A stretch of 64,000 nt of DNA, from the NCBI GenBank assembly GCA_002405835.1, contig DHMO01000002.1, positions 9,531 to 73,530 of the forward strand, written 5' to 3'. Positions within the stretch are counted from its first letter, which is position 1; each line of letters starts with the position of its first letter. The stretch is from Lentisphaeria bacterium UBA4640 (lineage in GTDB: Bacteria > Verrucomicrobiota > Lentisphaeria > Victivallales > UBA1829). A model generated the notes under the pieces. It saw nothing but the letters and a program-made list of their open reading frames with translations, was not told where the DNA came from and searched no databases. A program made the translations under genes and the position numbers. This document shows positions 1-9,655 of this stretch, one piece after another.

Positions 1-3000
1 CGGGACTGTCTGCCATTTGCGGTTTCTCCATGCTCCGGAATCCTGCGTGAAATGCAGTTTTGCAGAGTTGATCCGGGAATTGGAAACATCCGCATTCAGA
101 GTTTTTCCATTTCGGCGGAGTGATGAAATCCGCGGAGCTGTATCTTCTTTGCTTTTGAGTTTGGAGTCAAAGAACGCGCAAATTTCGGGGAGCTCTTCGG
201 AGTTCTTGCCGTGTGCATGCCCGTAGTTCTGTCTCAAACAGAGTTCCGCCCCGGGAGTCGCGGCAACGGTTTTCATCCAGAGAGGAAGATAGAACGCGTG
301 GTCGTTTACTCCCGTAACATACAGAAACGGAATTTTTGACTGTGCAAGATAATTGAGCGGATCAAATTCATTGTTCCAGTAATCGCGGGTGTTTTCCGCG
401 CGTTCAGCGATCCGCTGGGCAAAACAGCTTTCAGCCAAAGCTCCGCTTCCGTAAACGGGGACTGCGCAGGCAAAACGCGGATCAAGGGAAGCGGCGACCT
501 CTGTCAGCACGCCGCCCCAGCTGACTCCGGTAATGCCGGTTTTCCCGGAATCAACTTCCGGAAAGGAGCGCAGGACGCTGTGTGCGCTGATTACAGAGGA
601 AAGCGCATGGTAGAACCATTGTCCGCCGATGGCGCCGTTTTTGAATTGCGGGATGCTTTCCCCGAGTGTTTCATCGGCAACGGTTGCCCCGATTTTCCGG
701 TAATCGCGTTCTGCAGGCAGACAGGAATTCGTATCCATTGCAATTGCGGCATAACCGCGGGAGTTCCAGAAACGCACCCAGTCTGCATAGGCGGTTGCTC
801 CGCCTCCATGTACCAGGACAACGCCCGGAACGCGTTTTTCCGGAGATGCCGATTCAGGAAATCCGATCCATGCGAAGTGACGGCGTCCCTCCGCTCCGGT
901 GTAGTAGATTCCGCGAACACCGGTTTCCGTGCGTTTTGTGCATTCTGTGACAACGGGCTTTTCTTCAATCCAGCGTGCAGCGCAGTCTTCAAGGATTGTT
1001 TTCCGGACAGCGATTCCAGGGGTTCGGTCTATGATTCCGAAGACAAGACGGTTGCTGATTGCAATCGGTGAGAAGCCCCAGCCGGCACTGCGTTTCGTTT
1101 TGCTTTTTTCGTTTTCCGCATCATTCACTTTCACGGCGAATCCGAGCCAGCGGTCTTTGGGTGCGGGAAAACTCAGAGACAGAGAATAACCGTCTTTTTC
1201 TGCTGTGATATGTCTCTGGAAATCGCTTTCCTTCAAAACCGGACTCCAGAGAGCAAATGGTTTTTCTGAATCCCGGGGCATCAGGAATACACGGAAGACG
1301 GAGTCGTTGTAATCCGCTTCTTTGCCGGGAATCAGTTCGCAGGGCGCGAGATCAATGAAGAGTTCGACACTGTCGGTTTCCCAGAATTCGCGTTTCCCGC
1401 TTGGTCCAGCGTTGGTTTTGTCCTGAACGCGCATGGAGAGTTCACAGCGGTCTCCGTTGAAAATAACGGTTCCGTATCCGGAAAGCTGACCGTCTTTGGA
1501 GGCAAAACGGAATTTTTCCCCTTGTGCAAGGTATTGATTCTTTTCAATTTTCATCTTGCCGGAAAAGTTCCGTCCGTCGACTCTGTAGTTTACATCCAGG
1601 GATTTCCCGGGATTCTCAATGGTGAGCAGTGTGCTTTTGTTTTCTCCGGGCTGAATGGTCTGTTCGTTTACAGCGGACCCGCTGAAAAGCAGAACTTCGG
1701 CCGGAGTTTTTGTGTAATTGGAAAGTCCGACTGCAACAGAACCGTTAAAAGCTCTGGAATATCCGGAAACTTCAACAGGACATTCCAGCTGCAGAGAGAG
1801 TCCTTCGAGACGTTTCAGATATTCTGCTTCCGACATTTTTCCCTGCTTCAGATAAAGCACGGATTCTGTAACGGGAAGGTCTGCTTCGGCAAGCGGATTG
1901 CCGAAGACATCCATCACTTCAAAGCCGTTGAAGTTTGCGTGAACGCCTTTTCTGTTCCCGTAATTCCAAAGACCGGCAATCAGCTGTTTGTCTTTGCGGA
2001 AAACATAACAGATCGTGTCATGCGGAAGCCGGATTTTCTGAACGGGCTTTGCCGCTTCGAAAAGGCGGGCGAGAGAGTTGCAGACAACAAATATGTCTGA
2101 TGGAGTCAAAGTTGTCAAGGAAGAGGTTGAGTCATAGATATGATTCGTATGACGCCGTTTCCAGAGGTGATGGTCGCTTAGACAGTTGGATTGCACAACT
2201 CCCTCTCCAATGTCGATCAGGAATCTGCTGACGAAGTGATGCGGCTGAATCTGTTCCTGCTGGCGCCCATCGTAATGAGCGTCTTTGGGCGGGTCGAAAA
2301 GATAGTACAGTTCCGTGTTCCAAATCGGATAATCTTTCTTCCCGAGAGTTTCGCGCAGTCCGGCAATATCTTTGTCCGCCGGATTGGGTGAGCCGAGCTG
2401 ACGGGAAAAATAGGGGTGGAAGCTCAGGGCGTCCGCATACTTCAGCGCATCCAGCTTTACGATCTCCTTTGTCCAGTCGGAGGTCGACTGTGCAAAGTCG
2501 CTAGAGATGCAGAAGCCGACAATGTAGCGCTCCGGATCCGCTTTTCTGATCTGTTTGCTGGCTTCCGCAAGATAGGTGACGTAATTTTCGGGGCTCAGGT
2601 ACAGATTCGGTTCATTGTTGATTTCAAAAATGCAGTTTTTCCCCTTCATGTGTTCCGTGAACTTGTAGATGAATTTGCCCCACAGGTCGAGCGGAGGAAG
2701 CAGAATTTTGCCGCGATGTGCCGCCAGAACATTGGGCGGATCGTTCTTTACCCGTGTACATAGCGGCTGAACCCATTTCGGCCAGCGCGGAAGTTCATAC
2801 GGCTGATGTCCTTCGATAAAATCTCCACGGACAATTGGGAAGAAAACAAAATTGTTTTTTTCACACAGTTCGTAGATCTGATCGACGGTGGAAAAGTCGA
2901 AAACTCCCCGATTTTCTTCGATGTAGCCCCATGCAGCAGTCCAGTGGTCGCGGATCATGCGGCAGCCGCTTTTTGCAACTAATGCATATCGGTCGGCAAC

Positions 3001-3945
3001 ACCCATTCCAAAGCCGCGGGCCCACGGACGGCGGATGACCGGCGGTTTGCGCATGAGCGGATCCATGTCGAAAGCAATGACAGCATCTTTGCGCACATCC
3101 ACTTTGCCGGGTACATAGCGTCCGATTACCGCAAACCAGCCGGGGAAATCATGGACATCTTTCCCCGAAGTTTCAATGCGGACACAGCCGTAGCGCTGCA
3201 GCTTTTCCGTGAATTTTTGCGAGAGGGTTTCTCCTGGATTCAGCGTTACCGTAAATGTTTTGCGGAAGAGTTCATCTCCGCTGTAATCCGCAATTCCGCG
3301 CACAGTCAGTTCCCGTTCAATTTTTTGTTTTGAGCGGTTCCACACTTTCAGTTCCAGTTCGGCGGAGCCGTCTTCAAGATGATACAGCTCTTTGGAAACT
3401 ACGGAGGTGTCGAGAGCCGCCTCCTGCGAAGCTACAACGCCGATTCTTTCCAGTTTCAAATCATCAAACCACAGTGTGCCTTTCTGCTGACCGATCGAGA
3501 GACAGATATGATAAAATCCATCAACCTGCGTTGTCACATCCATGGAAATCTGCTTCCATTCTTTTCCCGCGCGGAACTGCTTGTTGGATGATACCCATTT
3601 CTGGTCGATTGTAAGCAGATCGGCATTTACAAGCCGATTTTCGGCATCGGCTTTCACCCACATGGAGAAACGCCAGAGCTCCTGTTTTTTCAACGGGAAT
3701 TCCACAGATACGATTTCCGTGCGTTCTTTAAACGGGTTTTCGACTTTCAAGGAGTATTTCCCCGTTCGTCCGGCATCCAGCTTCCACGGAGTAAAAGTGA
3801 GTTTCGGATTTGTGTCTTCCGTCAGGAAACGGCGGATGGCAAAACCTTCCGTTCCCAGTTCAAAAGAACTGTTGAATAAAATGTCTCCTGCGGAAAGAGC
3901 TCCGGCCGGAAGGACTGCACATAATGCAAGAAAAAGTTTTTTCAT
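1..3945 (-). CDS. Secreted multidomain carbohydrate-active enzyme with its 3' end off-window (at least 1315 aa). Domain order: signal peptide, CBM4_9-like module, clan GH-A TIM-barrel glycosidase, CBM9/DOMON-like module, C-terminal alpha/beta serine esterase.
   Basis: Absent from the ORF track because it has no in-window stop. Manual minus-strand translation from the ATG at 3945-3943 stays open down to nt 1. The N-terminus MKKLFLALCAVLPAGALSAGD looks like a signal peptide. IFEINNEPN (NEP acid/base, nt ~2608-2616) and IWNTELYY (TE nucleophile, nt ~2309-2326) lie about 100 aa apart, as in clan GH-A. FWETDSVELFIDL is CBM9-like. VVLVHGGG...ITGVSWGG gives a GxSxG esterase elbow. The start overlaps the stop of the upstream gene (TGATG). 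Confidence 0.8.
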   Translation of the reverse strand, partial: MKKLFLALCAVLPAGALSAGDILFNSSFELGTEGFAIRRFLTEDTNPKLTFTPWKLDAGRTGKYSLKVENPFKERTEIVSVEFPLKKQELWRFSMWVKADAENRLVNADLLTIDQKWVSSNKQFRAGKEWKQISMDVTTQVDGFYHICLSIGQQKGTLWFDDLKLERIGVVASQEAALDTSVVSKELYHLEDGSAELELKVWNRSKQKIERELTVRGIADYSGDELFRKTFTVTLNPGETLSQKFTEKLQRYGCVRIETSGKDVHDFPGWFAVIGRYVPGKVDVRKDAVIAFDMDPLMRKPPVIRRPWARGFGMGVADRYALVAKSGCRMIRDHWTAAWGYIEENRGVFDFSTVDQIYELCEKNNFVFFPIVRGDFIEGHQPYELPRWPKWVQPLCTRVKNDPPNVLAAHRGKILLPPLDLWGKFIYKFTEHMKGKNCIFEINNEPNLYLSPENYVTYLAEASKQIRKADPERYIVGFCISSDFAQSTSDWTKEIVKLDALKYADALSFHPYFSRQLGSPNPADKDIAGLRETLGKKDYPIWNTELYYLFDPPKDAHYDGRQQEQIQPHHFVSRFLIDIGEGVVQSNCLSDHHLWKRRHTNHIYDSTSSLTTLTPSDIFVVCNSLARLFEAAKPVQKIRLPHDTICYVFRKDKQLIAGLWNYGNRKGVHANFNGFEVMDVFGNPLAEADLPVTESVLYLKQGKMSEAEYLKRLEGLSLQLECPVEVSGYSRAFNGSVAVGLSNYTKTPAEVLLFSGSAVNEQTIQPGENKSTLLTIENPGKSLDVNYRVDGRNFSGKMKIEKNQYLAQGEKFRFASKDGQLSGYGTVIFNGDRCELSMRVQDKTNAGPSGKREFWETDSVELFIDLAPCELIPGKEADYNDSVFRVFLMPRDSEKPFALWSPVLKESDFQRHITAEKDGYSLSLSFPAPKDRWLGFAVKVNDAENEKSKTKRSAGWGFSPIAISNRLVFGIIDRTPGIAVRKTILEDCAARWIEEKPVVTECTKRTETGVRGIYYTGAEGRRHFAWIGFPESASPEKRVPGVVLVHGGGATAYADWVRFWNSRGYAAIAMDTNSCLPAERDYRKIGATVADETLGESIPQFKNGAIGGQWFYHALSSVISAHSVLRSFPEVDSGKTGITGVSWGGVLTEVAASLDPRFACAVPVYGSGALAESCFAQRIAERAENTRDYWNNEFDPLNYLAQSKIPFLYVTGVNDHAFYLPLWMKTVAATPGAELCLRQNYGHAHGKNSEELPEICAFFDSKLKSKEDTAPRISSLRRNGKTLNADVSNSRINSAKLHFTQDSGAWRNRKWQTVP

Positions 3946-4475
3946 CAGCGGTTCTCTTTGGTTGTAATCTGAATGTTTCGAAATTCAATTTCACCGGAAG
4001 CTCCCTGGAGTCCGAGGACAAGCTGGGGCTTTTGAATTCCTGCCGGAATCTTCAGTGTTTTGCGGAAGAGCTGCCAGTCCTGTGCAGTTTGAACTTTTCC
4101 ATTCGGGAAGCAGCCGGCATAAATCATGGAACCGTCAGCTTTTTTATACATCAGCATGAACTTGATTCCCGCCCACGGCTTATTGATGGACGTAATTTCT
4201 TTCCATTGACTTTCCCAGGTGATTTCCACTGTTTTTCCGCAAGCGCCGATTCGGGTGAAGAGATCGTCAATATTGAGAATTACTACGGTGCCGACCTGCT
4301 TCGGTTCTTTGGAAAATATGCGGAGAACGCCGTTTTCAAAAGATGCAATTTCTCCGCTTTGACGGATTTTGGCAGAATATTCTTTCTGCGTAAAATCCAG
4401 GGGTGCTGCGAACGCGGCAATCGCGCTTCCTGCAATGAGGGCAAATAACAGTTTTTTCATGTTTGTTCCTTTCAA
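3945..4475 (-). CDS. Small secreted protein of unknown function (176 aa), probably a beta-sandwich or CBM-like fold
   Basis: ORF track. N-terminal signal peptide MKKLLFALIAGSAIAAFAAP. It sits between the pseudopilin gene (3-nt gap) and the giant CAZyme gene (1-nt overlap). I recognise no motif. Confidence 0.6.
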   Translation of the reverse strand: MKGTNMKKLLFALIAGSAIAAFAAPLDFTQKEYSAKIRQSGEIASFENGVLRIFSKEPKQVGTVVILNIDDLFTRIGACGKTVEITWESQWKEITSINKPWAGIKFMLMYKKADGSMIYAGCFPNGKVQTAQDWQLFRKTLKIPAGIQKPQLVLGLQGASGEIEFRNIQITTKENR

Positions 4476-4478
4476 ATT

Positions 4479-5261
4479 TTAATCTTCCCAAGCAACCTTT
4501 GACCGTTTGTCCGGGTCCGGGTCGGTTTGATTTGTGCTGTAGAAAATTTCGGTATCCCGTCCCTTCCACCGAGTCCGTGTCGCGGAATGACCGTCCAGAA
4601 ACAGGATCGTTCCGGAATTGTTGTGGTTCGGGCCTATGCCGAAAGAAGAGTTCAGCATCCGCAAGCCGCGTCCTCCAGTTCTTCCGATGGAGCCTTCCTG
4701 AAAACCATACGTTGGCGGTTTCTGATATTCGTATGTGGAATTTTTGTTTACAAGATCTTTGTAATCTGCACAGGCAATGGCATAGAAAGAGGCTATCCGC
4801 TTATATTGGGAAATCTTGAACGTAACAACGGGCGCCAGAGCATTGGGTGTCAGAATCCGCATAATTGCGTAGCTGCGCGGAAGCGCCGGTCCGCCCATGG
4901 AAGGCAGTTCCGGATAGTTGTCGTGTCCGGGACAGAGGAAGCCTTTCCATGATTGCGCATTGGCTTTATGCGCCCATTTCTCACTGTCTGAAAGTTTTCC
5001 TCCCATATATCGTCCATACTCATAATCCCATGTTGTTTCATACCCTTGATTCCTGTCCTGCATGGCGACATATCCATCGTAATCGGCAATATAGTTCTGC
5101 ATGGCGGTTCCGATCTGCTTCAGATTGCTGAGGCACTGCATGCCGCGCGCTTTCTCCCTCGCGGAATTCAGCGCGGGAAGAAGCATTCCGGCAAGGATTG
5201 CAATGATCGCAATTACCACAAGAAGTTCTATAAGGGTGAAATTTTTGATAATTCTTTTCAT
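4479..5261 (-). CDS. Prepilin-type N-terminal cleavage/methylation domain protein with C-terminal H-X9-DG motif (pseudopilin-like, DUF1559 type)
   Basis: N-terminus [33 protein letters not shown] is a class III signal / N-methylation motif. The C-terminal [12 protein letters not shown] matches H-X9-DG exactly. Confidence 0.9.
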   Translation of the reverse strand: MKRIIKNFTLIELLVVIAIIAILAGMLLPALNSAREKARGMQCLSNLKQIGTAMQNYIADYDGYVAMQDRNQGYETTWDYEYGRYMGGKLSDSEKWAHKANAQSWKGFLCPGHDNYPELPSMGGPALPRSYAIMRILTPNALAPVVTFKISQYKRIASFYAIACADYKDLVNKNSTYEYQKPPTYGFQEGSIGRTGGRGLRMLNSSFGIGPNHNNSGTILFLDGHSATRTRWKGRDTEIFYSTNQTDPDPDKRSKVAWED

Positions 5262-5372
5262 TTTTCTCTCAACCTTTCTGTTTTGGATGATTCAATATTC
5301 TGCGCTCTGTTTACATTATACTCCATAAGTGCGAAAAAGTCAATATCTTTTTCAGGAAAAAGAAAAAGTTTA

Positions 5373-5400
5373 TTGACATATCTAAAAAGCGGTGTATAGT
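5373..5400 (+). promoter_or_regulatory. Sigma70-like promoter for the GntR-type regulator
   Basis: TTGACA (5373-5378), 16-nt spacer, TATAGT (5395-5400). AGGAG RBS at 5411-5415. Confidence 0.5.
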
Positions 5401-5421
5401 TCTCTTAAACAGGAGATGACT

Positions 5422-6426
5422 ATGGGAAAACTGGAAGAAATCGCCGAACTGCTGAAAAAAAGAATCGACGGGGGAGTTTATCCGCCCAATGTGCGTTTGC
5501 CGTCGGAATATGAACTTGCGGATGAACTCGGAGTCAACCGCATCACACTCAACAAGGCAGTCAACAGGCTCATCGCCGACGGTTATCTGCGGCGCGGCTC
5601 AAGCTCCCGCGACGGAACTTATGTCCGCGACCGCTCCGAACTTGTCAAAGAGACGCTCGGACTCCTTATCCGCTGCGGAAACCTCTATGCCGATCAGCTC
5701 ATGCATGGCGTGATCGACGGCGCGCTGCGGAACAATTATCTGCTCTCCGTCATGGCGCCCGAACTCGAAGAGGTCCGGATCGCCGAACGGAAAATGCTTG
5801 CAAACGGAATTGAGGGCGTCTTCCTCGCCTCCTATGCGAACTTCCCGCTCTCCGCGCCCGGCGTGCTCATCGACTCCTTTTTCGACACCGATCCGGAACG
5901 CAACACGATCATTTCCGACGTGCATTCCGGAGGACTTCAGATGGCGGAAGCTCTGCTCGAAAAGGGACACCGGGAAATTGTTGTCGTCATGTACTCCTCT
6001 TTTCCGTTTGCGCGGAACCCGCGCTGCGCCGCATTCCTTGAGGCTTTCCGCCGCGCGGAGATTCCGGATATGGAGGAACGGTTTTTCTACAGCAACAACC
6101 GTTCCCGCGAGCAGCTTCTCAAAATGATTTTTTCCGCATTTCCCGATACAACCGCAATTGTCGGAGAGAACGACACTATGACATTTGAGCTCTGGCAGGC
6201 TCTGCGCCGTCTCGACCCCGTCCGCGCGGACCGCATCACTTTCGCCGGATTCGGGAATCTGCCCGGCGTGCAGAGCGTCTTTCCGTTTGTGACGGTGGAC
6301 CAGCATCCTTACGAACTCGGCTGCCGCGCCGTGCAGCTCTATCTCAACTGGCGCGACGACGGCAGAAACCGGCATGAACTCGTGCCGGTTTCGGTGATGA
6401 ACACCGACCGTATCCGTGAGGTTTGA
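5422..6426 (+). CDS. Transcriptional regulator: GntR-type winged HTH fused to a LacI/PBP1-type sugar-binding domain
   Basis: LPSEYELADELGVNRITLNKAVNRLIADGYLRR is a GntR HTH. The remainder resembles a periplasmic-binding-protein type I effector domain. The ORF-track start at 5392 lies inside the predicted promoter. The ATG at 5422 is 6 nt after AGGAG; 5416 is an alternative. Confidence 0.8.
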   Translation: MGKLEEIAELLKKRIDGGVYPPNVRLPSEYELADELGVNRITLNKAVNRLIADGYLRRGSSSRDGTYVRDRSELVKETLGLLIRCGNLYADQLMHGVIDGALRNNYLLSVMAPELEEVRIAERKMLANGIEGVFLASYANFPLSAPGVLIDSFFDTDPERNTIISDVHSGGLQMAEALLEKGHREIVVVMYSSFPFARNPRCAAFLEAFRRAEIPDMEERFFYSNNRSREQLLKMIFSAFPDTTAIVGENDTMTFELWQALRRLDPVRADRITFAGFGNLPGVQSVFPFVTVDQHPYELGCRAVQLYLNWRDDGRNRHELVPVSVMNTDRIREV

Positions 6427-6744
6427 GCTCCCGTTTCAGTCCGGGAAAAGAGAGTCCGAAGCGGGCGAGATCCTTGCTCATACAGTCGGAATCATTGCTG
6501 CTTTTTTTTGATACAGAAGAAGTTGGCACGCGGATTGCTATGAACAAAAATATCCGGCTGGATTGATCCGGTTCCGGGAATTCCCGGGGAAGGGGCTGTG
6601 CGCGGCTGCCGCATCCTGTTTTTGTCGTTCAGAGGATGCGGGCCCTCCTATCATCCGCGCGCAGTTTCCTTCCGGATATTGCAGTCAAATTTTGAAAGGT
6701 GCTTGTCAATATATGAGGTGGACAATGTTTGAGGAGTGGCGGCG

Positions 6745-7535
6745 TCTTCCGGTCAAGAGCTGATGCGGCGATTCCCGCGGCGGTCGGAGTGGATATCGGC
6801 TGCGGGATAGTTGTGGTAGAGACGGATGTACCCGCGGTGCGTCTTGCGGAATGAGTTTCCGCCGTGCCATTCAGGAGAAGGTGAAAGAGCGGATCCCCGT
6901 CGGCGAAGGCGTCGGGCACAAGGAGAAGCAGGAGTGGGATGGCTTTGAGTCCTATCTCGACAACAATGGGCAGGTCTCCGACTTCGTGAACACGCTTGAC
7001 CGCAAGAATCTTGGAACGCTTGGCGGCGGCAACCACTTTATCGAAATCCAGAAATCCGATGCGGGATTCGTCTGGCTCATGATTCATTCGGGTAGCCGCA
7101 ACCTTGGAAAACGCGTCGAGGAGTTCTATCACAGCAAGGCGTCGACTCTCAATGAACGCTACCGTGTAGCGCTTCCTGATCCCGATCTGGCGTTTCTGCC
7201 GATTCAGGAAGAGGGGTACGACTACTTCCGCGACATGCTTTTTGCGCTCCATTATGCGTACGAAAACCGTCAGTGCATGATGAAGGTTCTGAAAGAGACT
7301 TTTTCAGGAGTTTGTGCCGGAAACGAATTTCCTCCGCGAGATGAACATCCACCACAACTACGCGGCGTTGGAGGAGCATTTCGGTGAAAAGCTCTACATT
7401 CACCGCAAGGGGGCGACGAGTGCGAAACTGGATGAGACCGGCTTCATCCCCGGGTCGATGGGAACGGCAAGCTACATCGTCCGCGGACTCGGCAATCCGG
7501 AGTCGTTCATGAGCTGTTCGCATGGAGCGGGAGGC
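6745..7535 (+). pseudogene. rtcB: Decayed RNA ligase RtcB relic with at least 2 frameshifts; both N- and C-termini missing
   Basis: Three frame segments align in order to E. coli RtcB: AAIPAAVGVDIGCG then a stop; NLGTLGGGNHFIEIQ...WLMIHSGSRNLG...LAFLPIQEEGYDYFRDML; then a frame switch near 7310-7330 to REMNIHHNYAALEEHFGEKLYIHRKGATSA...GFIPGSMGTASYIVRGLGNPESFMSCSHGAG. Homology stops at about 7535, 8 nt from the end of the convergent esterase gene. Confidence 0.8.
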
Positions 7536-7542
7536 TCTTTCC

Positions 7543-9468
7543 TCACCATTCGAACGGAGAGGCGGGGAGGGAGGCCGCATTGTACAGGTTCCCGTCCGGG
7601 TTGTCCGCCCAGCTGTAGCGGACATGCACCGGACAGCGGACGAGCGCGGAGCGGAGAAGGACGCTTGTTCCGTCAATTTCAATGCCGTCGGCAAAAACGA
7701 ACTTGCGATTCGCTCCGGCAATCAGGAATCCGCGCGGAGCTCCGCGGAAATGGAGTCCGTCCGCATACGCGAATGAGATGCGGAGCGCTCCGTTCTCTGT
7801 CCGGACTGTCTCCGGCAGGGGGCCGGAGGGGACGAGCCCCCTGCAGCCGTAGTCATGGAACAGCGCGAGACGAGCCAGACGGAAACCGACGGTTCGTTTG
7901 TCTTTCGGGTGGATGTTGTCTGCATCTCCGCAGTCGATCGCCACAGCCATTCCGGTGTTCGGGGCGTGCATGCAGGCGCGCCGCTGGTTTTCGCGCAGAA
8001 CTGGCCAGAGATTATCCGGGCTGTAGGGGGAGGGCTTCCGGTAGTTGGCGAGCTGAACCATGTAAAACGGGAAATCCCCCTGTCCCCAGCGGTAGCGCCA
8101 GTCGTCGATCAGATCCGTCATTTTGCGTTCGTATGAAGCGGCATCCTCCGGGCGGAACGCGTTTTCCTCGCCTTGATACCAGATTGCCCCGCGGATGGAG
8201 AAGGGGATCAGCGGACGGATCATGCCGTCGAAGAGGATGGCGGGTGTGTTGGGCATTCCCGGTCCCGCTGCCATGACTTCCGGAGTAGGGGGAACTTTGC
8301 CGAAGTCGGTTTCAACTTGGAATTTCCAGTTTCCCGCAAGGAAGATTGCGAGTTCCGGGCGCCCTTCCGGATAGAGACGGTATGCCCGGGCGCCGCCCCG
8401 GAACGCTCCGTCGTGCAGAAAAGAAAATGCGCGGATTGCAAGCATGTTCCGGCCTTTGCAGAGCAGGCGGGGCGGAACGGAATACGAGCGGGGAACGTTC
8501 CAGAAACACTCGTCGAATCCGCTTCCGGTTGCGCCGGCGGTGACGCCGTTGATATAGGTAACGTCGTGCTTGTCGACGGGGCCGAGTTCGAGAATCAGAT
8601 TTTCCTTTTCCCATCCGTCGGGGAGATTTATTCCGCGGCGGATCCATACAGCTCCGTTTCCGGCGAGTTTCCGTTCAGTCCAGGAGCCGGGAACTTCAAA
8701 ATCACACCATGCGGAGTCGTCGAAATCCGGCGAAGCCCAGCCGGATTTTTCTCCGCGGTTTCCGGGATCTCCGCGGAGAACGGTTCCGTAGCGGGATGAG
8801 GGAGTGCATCCGGGGCCGGCGGCGAGCCAGCCGGAGGCTTCCGGAAGGGTCTGCTCGTATTCGGTGAATGCGGGCGCAAGTTCCGGATTGCGCATCAGGC
8901 GCTCCCGGCTCGTCCAGGCTTCAATCCGCGTTCCGCCCCAGGAGCTGTGGATGATTCCGACGGGGACGCGGAGCTGTTCGTGCAGAAACAGGGCGAACCA
9001 GAGGGCGACGGCGGAGAGCGGCGGGACATTTTCCGCAGTCGTGGGGAGCCACTCGCCTTTGAACTCCGTCTGGCGCGCGGTTGTTGCGCATTTCGGAACG
9101 GTGATCATCCGGATTTCATCCGGCGTCCGGCAGGTTTTCAGAAAGTCCGCGAGCTGCGGCGACCAGTCCGCGTGGAATTCCATGTTGGACTGTCCGGAAG
9201 CAAGCCAGACTTCCCCGAAGAGAATATTTTTTACCTCCGCCCGCTCTCCGTTGGAGATGTTTTCAACGGTCAGAGTATGCGGCCCGCCAGTCTTGTCAAC
9301 CGGTGCGAAGCGGATCAGAAAATCTCCGGAGGAAGAGCTGACGCCGAACGCGGAACATCCCGCAATCGAGGCTTTGACGACGGTGTCCGGAGCGGTTTTA
9401 CCCCATACGGGAAGCGGCTGGCGGCGCTGAAAAACTGCTCCGTCCGAAAACAGGGATCCAAGCTTCAC
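7543..9468 (-). CDS. SASA-family carbohydrate esterase (sialate O-acetylesterase-like) with an inserted GH2-N-type jelly-roll domain
   Basis: GEVWLASGQSNMEF and GAIWYQGEENA are the SASA/DUF303 signatures. The middle segment FDDSAWCDFEVPGSW...AVWIRRGINLPDGW...VTYINGV...NMLAIRAFS resembles a galactose-binding-like domain. No signal peptide is evident. Confidence 0.8.
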   Translation of the reverse strand: MKLGSLFSDGAVFQRRQPLPVWGKTAPDTVVKASIAGCSAFGVSSSSGDFLIRFAPVDKTGGPHTLTVENISNGERAEVKNILFGEVWLASGQSNMEFHADWSPQLADFLKTCRTPDEIRMITVPKCATTARQTEFKGEWLPTTAENVPPLSAVALWFALFLHEQLRVPVGIIHSSWGGTRIEAWTSRERLMRNPELAPAFTEYEQTLPEASGWLAAGPGCTPSSRYGTVLRGDPGNRGEKSGWASPDFDDSAWCDFEVPGSWTERKLAGNGAVWIRRGINLPDGWEKENLILELGPVDKHDVTYINGVTAGATGSGFDECFWNVPRSYSVPPRLLCKGRNMLAIRAFSFLHDGAFRGGARAYRLYPEGRPELAIFLAGNWKFQVETDFGKVPPTPEVMAAGPGMPNTPAILFDGMIRPLIPFSIRGAIWYQGEENAFRPEDAASYERKMTDLIDDWRYRWGQGDFPFYMVQLANYRKPSPYSPDNLWPVLRENQRRACMHAPNTGMAVAIDCGDADNIHPKDKRTVGFRLARLALFHDYGCRGLVPSGPLPETVRTENGALRISFAYADGLHFRGAPRGFLIAGANRKFVFADGIEIDGTSVLLRSALVRCPVHVRYSWADNPDGNLYNAASLPASPFEW

Positions 9469-9578
9469 AGGAAAGACCTTTCTTGTTTTTTAATTTATTT
9501 TAATATAACATCCGGTGCGGGAAGTTGCAACCGGAAAAATATTTTGAGTTCAGATAACGCGGATTTCTTCTTTTCATC

Positions 9579-9607
9579 TTGAAAAGGAAAGCGCAGCCCG
9601 GTATATT
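9579..9607 (+). promoter_or_regulatory. Sigma70-like promoter upstream of the GH78-like gene
   Basis: TTGAAA, 17-nt spacer, TATATT, about 50 nt upstream of the ATG at 9656. Confidence 0.45.
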
Positions 9608-9655
9608 AAAAATACGCGCACGCAAGCAACCTCTAATTTTTGCAAAGGCAGAAAA

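Noticed and set aside
7314-8276. 320-aa plus-strand ORF
   Set aside because: Only its first ~73 codons are meaningful (the rtcB relic segment). The rest runs antisense through the SASA esterase gene and is Arg/Gly/Ser/Pro junk.
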